NCBI GenBank assembly: GCA_030167865.1
Contig: JALAGF010001942.1
Span: 49,471 to 69,470 of the forward strand
DNA from: Craspedostauros australis
Taxonomy: Eukaryota
Length of the DNA: 20,000 nucleotides
Reading direction: 5' to 3'
Part shown: positions 10,901 to 18,050 of the stretch, piece by piece
How the letters are laid out: every line of letters begins with the position of its first letter
Numbering within the stretch: position 1 is the stretch's first letter
Notes under the pieces: generated by a model
Database searches by the model: none
Told to the model about the DNA's origin: nothing
The model's input: the letters and a program-made list of their open reading frames with translations, nothing else
Made by a program: the position numbers and the translations under genes

Positions 10901-12114
10901 GCGATCACATCTCCGGCTGCCTCTTCCGAATTTGCCACTGCCACCGCAAGATGGCGCGCGAGAATGCATCCCGATCTCCAAGCCGCACCAACAGCGGCAA
11001 CCTGGACGAGATGGCCCAAGGAGCTGCGAACATGACGTTGCAACCAGCGGTCGCCTCGCCATCCAGCAGCGATCCTGGCATCTTCATCGTGGACAAGTTG
11101 CTGGCGTTGCGCAGCAGCGAGGAGAAGTCGTACAAGATCCGCTTCAACTCCCTCAACACAGTCCGGCGGTTCTTCTCGTACTGCATCCACCTTGGTGAAG
11201 CCAAGCACGAGTACTCCGACTACTTGATCTCCCTGCTTCCTTTGGCCTTCGATGCCTTGGAGACGTCGACGGAGAATTCCAATGACGCTGCCGATGGCAA
11301 TGCGGACATCGCGAAGCGATCCATGGAGTCTGACATCGTCAAGGGATACCGCTACACCATCGCGGAGATTGGCGTCGCTCCCGTTATTTCGTACGGAAGC
11401 CCTGGCGATATTTCGCGGGTGTTGGACACGGTGGCTCAGATCATCCAGCACAAGTCGTGGCAGGTGCGACATGCAGCCGCGCACTTTCTGAGATGCTTCC
11501 AGGGCGGTCACAAATTCCTCTTCTCCAGCGAGCAGGCGGAGCAGGTGACGACGCTGGTCGCATCGATGCTTGCCGATGAACGCAGGGAGGTTGCATCGGC
11601 CGCCATGGCCGCCATCACGGGCATCCTCGCTGCGCTTCCACTTTCGAACGTGACAAGGTTGGTGAAGAAGTACGCCACACAGGCAAACAAATCCAGAATG
11701 AAGAAAGCTCGAGGCAAGAAAGCCCAGCAAGTCGCCGCAGCAGCTGCCGCTGCCCAGCCGACGAATGGGACCGACGCCAGTGATGAAGCTGCTGCCGCCG
11801 CCGCGGCCGCAGCTGCTGAACGTGAAAAGAAGCGAGCCAAGACGCAGCAGACGTCGGTGTACTTTTTGTGCGCTGCCGTGTTGGCGCAACCATACGACAC
11901 GCCGAAGTACGTGCCAGCCGCCCTTGCCGCCATCTCCAAGCACTCCTTCGAACGCAACGCGCCGTTGAGCGTGAGAGAGACCGTGAAGAAGTGCTGCGCG
12001 GAGTACAAACGAACTCACATGTCGGACAATTGGGAGTTGCACCGCAGGGTCTTCACGCAAGAGCAGCTCGAGGCATTGGAGGACGTCGTGAGCTCGCCTC
12101 ATTATTACGCATAA
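4945..12114 (+). CDS. PSME4: Proteasome activator complex subunit 4 (PA200/Blm10), 2389 aa, single exon
   Basis: Uninterrupted ORF with ACC-ATG context. Mid-domain motifs PYFNPSNIGTW and GIDSNDQNKT match the PA200 Y(H/N)PSNxGxW and G(I/V)DxNDxxK motifs. The C-terminal domain AVLAQPYDTPKYVP...VKKCCAEYKRTHMSDNWELHRRVFTQEQLEALEDVVSSPHYYA* parallels the PA200/Blm10 C-terminus and ends in the YYA HbYX 20S-docking motif. Confidence 0.97.
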   Translation: MPFEDEIMASIMASGLSTKDSVESWKQPHAFHLNLPPHHLDEDGTPFITKYAHKKSRYILGLVKTLELNELMFLNPDAQENDESDDDDDDDAMDTTDAGGTQADGDDDSGPIMPKTLSEFAQKCSRLHAQLSALENLKHSGLSRWDLSLMVLRLLRLLTATITYEYYDEAKSEEQQQETRLPISKVTIHYDLVGYIHTASTTMEEEMKQAQSNVSEDSSHLEGILKRPFALPSPARETLLSILVSILSNKGPLRSVSNAAIYPATKQTHNNDSGEGQDQEQRFLLILHWRPLLRMLLRTTPYLNERKSGTVPLSSNARQSTILKRTVHMIRDARHFFDQGIRPPGSAATTVALDNSAVQLWEMVRADIMFHSHTNASYRSLVMFYLFQPSRCSSTYYQDVLPDWLESWSNIDRCPEIDFLWLALFCRARKYLPHTYDWGPIRRRLLTHAQYWLLLPIGGAALDKSFPRASAPRSRSCPSRLKAFTGSSSSYEEGIDFVAKVTKLLVIGLGTGSMGENGVSEGTSDVLRFLSFVTPYFNPSNIGTWTFTLGAFLHYFSYEICSRVGAAASMEAFATSNPELLRALCEVEPSLKGCAIPPTEVVLLLDKLLPLCQQSLYSKNPHVGRAGEASMLYFAQIDPARVTPSFIDFAIRALDISAVNLAHQAPAALSALTRLLQPALRSNPAMFMAKLPDILRLSLAGIDSNDQNKTIRTLILYRNLTSWFPIGKPSEQANGVNADVDKNDQKSNGNSHGKGTRSIGENLVDRLYQSSNSPEYVAAVEQLPESSLLRQGAVMDGLDLGLLADEASSAMCDWVLEFLDRIFALLRASGEREKAGKTSSRTAARHANVDVQQARNFSRVLRESLMQTFVAMDDTIHKSAVNSVVRFFSEETLPSAAKDAAYLCEAVASARPRKDGAGSSSLHSPGLKALLPILVDDLKHCPTKTCIYRIRCLAGAVRFCGHDILTYRQQISNAINFGLQSKDKHLHKTGCKLLRHTLAALCESRPISYDILPQLEFDPRRNRNNGDASGDQMQAQTMSDTLTYGRSAQLNGRPITWYIPRTESVDFAWALIDQNVYGKLKTLQGKLHVDADGQNDSIAADMNELRRTLRVVRYTLRGAVGIMLDSDNGDDIIGGLAKSTDHAEQSPAEMHDVALFPYERAMTKLLTQLVSEDQSKKIADVRGRIAFLITTLVSLIASETFQLKAQAAASPSPPSEAATSTDATDTTASDGQTSSDATAEAADSGESANGNGAAAEGSPANDLATLVSRDTKVCKEAIDIALLLLTRRGASFRSQESKTIWKAQKLVSTDYALLALADHAIESLQRSQLYGPSSIIQYNDGEDGGKVLPRRLVVNRVKLFHDSLQRTASFEVPRRLRRLVKLRKSSVNILFSVSTSADQLRDSMQRLDDMPMPGSMDLYEGLIDGLFSLCCHPNTQVRASSIGVVEYAITRFGWLVRSRVPRLMSAIRLDDGDWHGKFGVPSCAKLVDQVDSKGKRKRLSEALKGVCAILATARPGKQMLCNEEIRCNFVKTICGTDSLVALMPPEEMQKMVHYFHNIFSPFRMKFYSLPRTTKSEHRNHADSLEYLLGTLSSDKKSDDDETNVKEVHWRKQLMASYFLTVLVDGDDIRSNENEFKQRLWSTCFRILENEYGQPLQRVALGLFGRLVMISFDIQILRDQMLTESFCKSLSNALVYDHREDTSIGGGHDAQWSAGIADFIRDSARNIAPKTLFPFQRTSQSSGTFKASHAQLVEQILKLLSPADALTASRHLLKHSRQLASAPPSEDQRNQQCTVAEIFAGVCKGMLQIKTDTDLDEFWSTDLLPFLDDVYQKMPTSLSGAFFDAIRFSLQFSSPDRFYPMTAWLFTKVDETLWQPSQNDVDETGAVVPMDEATATKSGASEQGTEGFTAQSKWLYLCGALLVELDEMEADTVMMKTPWYWLALSKPEDIQVEMDTKDILKRSWMLVRDKLLPKLTAALGHPYENCRDHISGCLFRICHCHRKMARENASRSPSRTNSGNLDEMAQGAANMTLQPAVASPSSSDPGIFIVDKLLALRSSEEKSYKIRFNSLNTVRRFFSYCIHLGEAKHEYSDYLISLLPLAFDALETSTENSNDAADGNADIAKRSMESDIVKGYRYTIAEIGVAPVISYGSPGDISRVLDTVAQIIQHKSWQVRHAAAHFLRCFQGGHKFLFSSEQAEQVTTLVASMLADERREVASAAMAAITGILAALPLSNVTRLVKKYATQANKSRMKKARGKKAQQVAAAAAAAQPTNGTDASDEAAAAAAAAAAEREKKRAKTQQTSVYFLCAAVLAQPYDTPKYVPAALAAISKHSFERNAPLSVRETVKKCCAEYKRTHMSDNWELHRRVFTQEQLEALEDVVSSPHYYA

Positions 12115-12150
12115 TGGGAGATTCATACTCGCAGAATGGCAATAGATGAA

Positions 12151-12195
12151 TCAATTCAATCCAATTCAATTCAATTCAATTCAATTCAATTCAAT
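12151..12195 (+). repeat. (TCAAT)9 pentanucleotide microsatellite in the short region between convergent genes
   Basis: Nine units, one of them a variant CCAAT at 12161-12165, starting 37 nt after the PA200 stop. Confidence 0.95.
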
Positions 12196-12332
12196 CGATC
12201 TTTCCGTTCACTGTTGTGTTTGCTTCGAATGATAGTGTATTGTGTATTATATAATTTAATCGTATTGTCGTCATCATGTAAGTATGCACGGGGCATTGGG
12301 TATCAGGTATGGTATTCGTACGAGTGCGAGTA

Positions 12333-12372
12333 TGTGTCTGTGTGCGGGTGTGTGTGTATGTGTCTCTCTCTC
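12333..12372 (+). repeat. Imperfect (TG)n followed by (TC)n microsatellite
   Basis: tgtgtctgtgtgcgggtgtgtgtgtatgtgtctctctctc, just past the stop of the minus-strand gene. Confidence 0.75.
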
Positions 12373-12375
12373 GCT

Positions 12376-15300
12376 CTAGAAATACCAATTCTTCCTTGCT
12401 CGATCATCCATGGATGCCATGAGTGTGGTCGCTCGGACACCGACCTTGTTGTTGCTGTTGCTACTCTTTGCTTGTCTGTGGAACGAAGGCGACATGGACA
12501 ACAATCCCTCCGACGATGTGGAAGTCAGAGCCGAAGACAGCAGGTATTGCTTCTGCTGGTTGTTGATGGTGTTGTCAAACAGTTCCCTGCTCGTCGTTGC
12601 GAGTTTGTCCAGTGCTTGCAATCGCTTCTTCAAATTCAACTTGTCCCCAGGCGATTCATCGTCATCACCCTCATCGTCGTCGTTGTCATCGTCATTCTTG
12701 TCGTCTTCAGTTGCTGCATCATTCTCCGTATCATCCGCCACCTCGTCGTCATCCACCAACGATGACGGAGGTGGCATGGACAGCAGCTGATTCCACTCGT
12801 ATTGCAATATCGCATCGCGATCCTGCGTGGATGCCACATTTGTGATGGTCTTGCTTTCAGGATCGACCGCGATCAACTTCAGGTCTTGCAATTCTTGCAA
12901 CGCCTTTTCCGGATCGATGCGGGCTTGCTGTTCGTCCGTGCGCAACAAATCGTTGACACCGGACGGACACGAACGCACGACTTCGTCATATGGAATCGGT
13001 TCGCGGCTTCGCACATTGCGTCCGATGGACTTTCTCCATGGCTTCCAAATGGCGTCATGGATCCAGGTGTGCGTCAGTCCAGCACTTACCGCGCGTTGCG
13101 TTGCGGCCTCCGACAGGATGTGCTTCAACGCGCCCGCATTGCGGTACGATATCTTGGACGTGAGGAATGTTTTCACGAGCAGATCGTAGCGTGCCAGTTT
13201 GTTGGAATACCGGAGGATGGTGCGCACGATCCACAGCGTGACGGATACCAACGCCAGAAGGTCCAGCCTCGGGTTGTCCAGCCGTATCGAGGACGTCACC
13301 AACGCGAACGTGAAGAGGGAGACCATGTCGAAGAGGAAGGCATCGGCGGGGCGGAAGACCAACTTCGTCTTGGGAAAGACGGCGGGTAGATTGGCCATGG
13401 GCACGTCTTCGAAGGTGCGCATTTGCATGGGGCCGATGGTGGGTTTGTAGGACTTTTGCTCCAGGTATTCCGCCTGCTTGCGGCATTGCTTCCGGATGAA
13501 CTTGGAATCGTCGAGATCGAACATGTCCGCGAATTCGAGCAGCATCTTGGGTGGCGGCCGGACGGGGCGTGGTGGTTTGGATTTGGAACGCCAAATGACG
13601 ACGACTTCTTGGAAGGTTGGTTCGACGAGCTTGGATTTGGTGAAGAACTTGCGGACGAACCTTTTGCGCCCTTCCTTCGTGAAGAGATCGACGAGATTGC
13701 TGATGCTGACGCGTTCCAAGAATCGAACGCTGGCTCCATCAGCCGATGCTCCTGCGTCGGTGCGAATGGTGGTGGTCATCATGCGCTGATCATATTCGCA
13801 GAACGCGGCCGTCGCATTGTCCTCCTCCTGCTGCTGCAATGTGAAGGGATCCAACGCATCGCTGGGATTGGGCGAACCAACGAACTGGACCTTGGAACCA
13901 CCGTAGCGTCCCAGTTTGAGGAACCGCCCGGATGATGACGATTGGGCATCGCCGTTGTCATTCTCGGGCATGTCGCCGTTGGCCTTTGCCAGCGTGCGTT
14001 GCAGGGTCGCGCGGTATCCTTCCAACCGCTTCAGGATGTCGATGGAATTGAGGACGTTGTACCAGGATCGGTAGAACTGGCGTCGCGCTCTGGACACCTG
14101 CGTCATGATGGTTGTGTAGATGGAATCCTCGACGAAGTCCACCTTGGACTTGAGCCACGCCGCCGATCGTTGCACGAGACTGGCCTGCAGGTAGTCGACC
14201 TTGGGCAGCAGGAGAAGTCGATCCTGCGTGATCTCCTGCGAGTATCCTCTCCAGTAGACGAGGACGCGGCCATCAAAGAGGATGTCATCGTCATCGTCAT
14301 CAGCGTCGTTCCTGTTGTTGGATAATTTCTTTTCAGGATAGAAATCATGGAACAGATCCGGATCCAACTCGTTGAGCTGCGGTACGATGGAGAGACGCAG
14401 AAGATAGCCAGCATTGAGCGATTCGCACAAATCCAGATCGCGCCGCGACAGCAGCTGGTACCCGGCGTCTTCCAAAGACGTGCGCGTAGTCGATATCAGC
14501 CGACGCTGTTGTCCCTTTTTGGTGGCTGCCGTGACAGTGTCATCGTCTTCCGGCACGTCTGTGGCATCGCCGGATGTGGACGACGGCGATGGATCGGTGA
14601 TGGGGTACTCCCGTATGTAGGGTAGATCGTGCGTTTGCTGGTGCGCCTTGGCTTGATAGAAGAGATCTAACCGGTCCAAGATGGGGGATGGCGGGGACGC
14701 ATTGGGGCCGACCTCTGTGAGTCTGTTGGGCAGGACAGCCCGAGACGTGGGCAACATGGAATCTGCTCGTGCAACGATGCGGAATGCGGGTGATGCATCC
14801 ACTTGCTTCTCGTTTCCTTGTTCATCCTTGTTGCGGATGTCATTGTCATTGTCATTGTCATTCTCAATGTCATTGCCAGTGTCATTGCCAGTGACATTGT
14901 TCTCTTGGTTGGCAACGTTGGTACCACTGCCACTTCCATTGCTTTTGCTTTGGCCACTGCTTTGGCCATCGACGTCACAACGCTTGATGCTGTCATCAGC
15001 GTCGGCTCGGAACAAGCCCTTCAACGAGACTGTCGATTGCCGACCTCTCCAATTGCTGCTCGCGAGCACCACAAGACTGGAACATCGTCGATGCGGCTGT
15101 TGCTTGTGAGAATGGAAAAGACCGTGCTGTTGTGAATGTTGTGGGTTGTTGTTCCTGCTGATGTTGTTCCTCCTGTTGTTGATGTTGATGCTGTTGTTGA
15201 TGTGGAGGGCACTTGTTGTTCTGAATAGTGTGACGGAGGTTTTCTGGAAGGCTGCGACACCAAGAAGACAGCGATCGGGATGATCCAAAACAAGTTGAAG

Positions 15301-15540
15301 TCCTACTACCAATCCAACCAGCAACAGCTGTTGCCAATTTTTTGGCGGAGATGGCCGGTGTCGCGGCTTTCCTCTTCTCCTTTCTCGTTGATTCTGTTGT
15401 CGTCGCGATTCTTGGTCTTCGTCTTCTTCTTGATGCTCGCACATCGGCAACGATGGATCGTCTCTCTCTTCCATCATCCTTGTCTGCATGTTGCCTTGAC
15501 CCATCATCAACACCACCTCTCCATCCACTTCAACACTCAT
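12376..15540 (-). CDS. DUF3754/TMEM143-like membrane protein, about 1054 aa, probably plastid-targeted
   Basis: Long uninterrupted ORF whose first ATG is at 15540 (MSVEVDG; the track's start at 15888 is a TTG). Motifs GYQLLSRRDLDLCESLNAGYLLRLSI, FDGRVLVYWRGY, EPTFQEVVVIWR and MRTFEDVPMANLPAVFPKTK, followed by two hydrophobic helices, match the DUF3754 pattern (F.++PMADL.+VFP.K). A hydrophobic segment plus GVAAF precedes an S/T/N/R-rich transit-like stretch. Confidence 0.85.
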   Translation of the reverse strand: MSVEVDGEVVLMMGQGNMQTRMMEERDDPSLPMCEHQEEDEDQESRRQQNQRERRRGKPRHRPSPPKNWQQLLLVGLVVGLQLVLDHPDRCLLGVAAFQKTSVTLFRTTSALHINNSININNRRNNISRNNNPQHSQQHGLFHSHKQQPHRRCSSLVVLASSNWRGRQSTVSLKGLFRADADDSIKRCDVDGQSSGQSKSNGSGSGTNVANQENNVTGNDTGNDIENDNDNDNDIRNKDEQGNEKQVDASPAFRIVARADSMLPTSRAVLPNRLTEVGPNASPPSPILDRLDLFYQAKAHQQTHDLPYIREYPITDPSPSSTSGDATDVPEDDDTVTAATKKGQQRRLISTTRTSLEDAGYQLLSRRDLDLCESLNAGYLLRLSIVPQLNELDPDLFHDFYPEKKLSNNRNDADDDDDDILFDGRVLVYWRGYSQEITQDRLLLLPKVDYLQASLVQRSAAWLKSKVDFVEDSIYTTIMTQVSRARRQFYRSWYNVLNSIDILKRLEGYRATLQRTLAKANGDMPENDNGDAQSSSSGRFLKLGRYGGSKVQFVGSPNPSDALDPFTLQQQEEDNATAAFCEYDQRMMTTTIRTDAGASADGASVRFLERVSISNLVDLFTKEGRKRFVRKFFTKSKLVEPTFQEVVVIWRSKSKPPRPVRPPPKMLLEFADMFDLDDSKFIRKQCRKQAEYLEQKSYKPTIGPMQMRTFEDVPMANLPAVFPKTKLVFRPADAFLFDMVSLFTFALVTSSIRLDNPRLDLLALVSVTLWIVRTILRYSNKLARYDLLVKTFLTSKISYRNAGALKHILSEAATQRAVSAGLTHTWIHDAIWKPWRKSIGRNVRSREPIPYDEVVRSCPSGVNDLLRTDEQQARIDPEKALQELQDLKLIAVDPESKTITNVASTQDRDAILQYEWNQLLSMPPPSSLVDDDEVADDTENDAATEDDKNDDDNDDDEGDDDESPGDKLNLKKRLQALDKLATTSRELFDNTINNQQKQYLLSSALTSTSSEGLLSMSPSFHRQAKSSNSNNKVGVRATTLMASMDDRARKNWYF
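14839..14898 (-). repeat. Coding hexamer/12-mer tandem repeat (Asn-Asp repeat) in the DUF3754 protein linker
   Basis: (GTCATT)4 at 14839-14862 and (GTCATTGCCAGT)2 at 14869-14892. They encode NVTGNDTGNDIENDNDNDND. Confidence 0.85.
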
Positions 15541-16048
15541 CCTCTCTACCGCTCTCAGCTTTCTCAATGTCGTGGATGCAAACAGCGTGCACCGAACGGA
15601 ATTGAAATTCAAAGCACGGATCGGCGTTTTGTGTGAATGCGAGAAGCTTTGGCGATGCAACTTTGTGGCCTTTTTTGTCGATGAGGTGACGTGCGGCAAC
15701 GTGGGCTGTTTGTGTGGCGTCACAACGTGCCATGTGGCGTGATGTGCGTTGTTTGTGGGAAGGAAGAAAGACAACACTTGCACGAGCGAGCAGTTGGTGC
15801 CGATCCAGTGAGGACATCGCGCCACATCATCAAGTACGACTTTTTCCGTCAGAGAACACGTTTTGGGTGCCACGTTAACGGACAACACGACGGACAGTTA
15901 TTTGATACAAGTCTATTTATTTTTAAGCTAGATGAAGATGATAGATTCTCGCAACATTTTCTCGCGACATGAACATGAACATCGTGTCCATGGGCATCGT
16001 GTACATGGATGGACATGAACGTCAAGCGGGAACTAAGTACATTACTAT

Positions 16049-16652
16049 CCCTTTACGACCGGAGCTTAGCGCCAATATTTTGGGCGACAAATCGACACTA
16101 GTTGTTTCTTGGACGCGTTCCCCTGCCAATGCCTTCGCAAAAACTAAGTTTGTACCTCGCACAACTGGTGTTATCGTGTCGTTTCACGCAATTCACGTTG
16201 CTGGCGAGTTCACCTCTCTCCGCCACAACTGTTAAAGTTATCTTTGCAGATTCCGAATATTCAAGAAACGCAGATCCTGACTGCCTCATTAGACTCGGTC
16301 TCTTCCATTGATGAACCTTGTCGTTTTGGTGTTCGAACAGGTGCATCAGTTTTCACGTGGTTTCTCGTAGAACACAATTTCCGCAAAAAAATGACAACAG
16401 GTCGCATCGACCGTCCCCGTATCGGGACCGCGAAAAACCAATTATTCACGAGTACTTTGGGCGACGATAGCGACCTGACGACAGTAAAAGACATATGAAT
16501 GTAATATCATGTTTGGAAAGAAGGGCTCCAGAGGATTCAGAATATGTAAAGAAAAGTGGTTCCCACCCGTAGGCGTTGGATCGAAAGTTCGGGCAACTGA
16601 TTTCGAGATGTTTATTGCCCATCTGTTGGGCGATAGGTGGTACAGTAAAGGG
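16049..16652. mobile_element. Possible degenerate non-autonomous DNA transposon (MITE-like) remnant
   Basis: Exact inverted 8-mer CCCTTTAC (16049-16056)/GTAAAGGG (16645-16652), with gapped inverted similarity over about 27 nt. Three internal TTGGGCGA copies. The region looks more AT-rich by eye and has no recognisable ORF. No target-site duplication is visible. Confidence 0.2.
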
Positions 16653-18050
16653 GGACACAACGCTCCAACATCACCATTCACTCACAACACGACTTGATCA
16701 GATCATGGCATTGTGGATGTCGCCCTTCATTCACTGAAACACAGGATCTGTCGTGGTCGTGGTCGGCGACATGTGATCGTGCAATCTCCAGGCATGAATT
16801 GAACGTTGCTCGTGCTGTTCGTGCCTTGACCGGCTTCGTCATTGCGCACCACACCCCAGGCACGGGCTGAGTTGGATCACATCATCATTCATCGTCAGGC
16901 AACACATGGATACTCTTCGGTTTGCCTCCCTTTTCTCTGAGTGTGGATCCCGGGATGTCGCTCCCTCTCTTGCGTCATCATCCGATGCACGCCACAAATA
17001 TATCCGTTACGTTTGAACCACATCATTGCACACAAGACACAGGCAATTCCCACGTTGGACGCAACGGTTATGACATGTTCGCCATTGACGTGAGTCAGAT
17101 TTAATGAAGGAGAAACGACTCGAACTGGCTGTTGATGTCGATGATGTTTCTTGTCGATGTTCTTGGTTGTGACGACTCACGAAGTTGTGATTGTTCACTT
17201 GAGTGCGACTCGTGCGAATTGTGGGCTCAACGATTTCAGGCACAAGAGTTAATGTGTCCGTTCTGGACGGTTATCCGTGATTCGATGACTTTCCCACGTC
17301 AAAATACCGTCAACTTAACCGTCGTGTACCAACATCATTCGGTTTTAATCAAGTCCATACACAAAATAATACACTTGGTCGTGTTTGGCGCTTGGCTTCA
17401 CTGTCGCTCCAACCACAATAACCACCGCAACAACTTCGACACACATGGAACAACTTCCCATCATCGGACGTTCGACCGTTTGGACGTTTCGATGTTTGAT
17501 TTGTGTGGTCTGGTCACAAGAACGAAGAATGTCCACAACCTCACGATCATGTCACACTTGCACGAGTGCGAATCCCATCGGACCAAAAACCCCAATCGTC
17601 ACTGATTTGAACTCGCTCCATCCCCAAGCGAGGGAGGGAGTCGGCGGAATTGAGAGCGGCAACACACGGACGAAAGGGATTGAAATTGGGGTTGAGACAC
17701 GCCAAACCAATTCCAAGTCACACCAACATGAACCGCCAACAAAACAAACAACCGACCAACGAACAAATACACACGACACAAACCGGCAACAACAAGAAAG
17801 GAGAAATCACACGGACCAAAGAACGGAAGAGCAAAAATAAGGAGAAGCAACCACACCATCATCATCGCCAACCACAACGTTCACGTGAATGTCAACCACC
17901 ACAAATCTCAGAACACAAAATCGCAACTCAACCAATTGTGCATCGACGAGCAAGGAGATACATCCACACTTGCATTCACATCCGCATCCACACACACTGG
18001 TGCATACCAATACACAGCAAGCATTCGAATAGATATAAACAGAAGGAAAG

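Noticed and set aside
10498..12126. 542-aa antisense ORF (also the 283-aa ORF 6933..7784 and many smaller ones) inside PA200
   Set aside because: These are shadow ORFs produced by codon bias of the sense gene. They have no domain-like content.
15541..15888. N-terminal 116-aa extension of the 1170-aa ORF in the track
   Set aside because: It begins at TTG and contains no ATG until 15540. The sequence resembles CA-rich leader/promoter on the coding strand.
16069..16435. Two E2F-like WTTSSCSS sites on the minus strand (16069-16076 and 16428-16435)
   Set aside because: These are degenerate 8-mers more than 1.6 kb from the cyclin start and inside the possible repeat relic, so they are not distinguishable from chance.
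16563..16640. Nested short stems (CCACC/GGTGG, GGGCAA/TTGCCC) with GAAA and CTGA, suggesting a hammerhead ribozyme or structured RNA
   Set aside because: There is no CUGANGA core, the would-be cleavage triplet ends in G, and the stems are only 5-6 bp.
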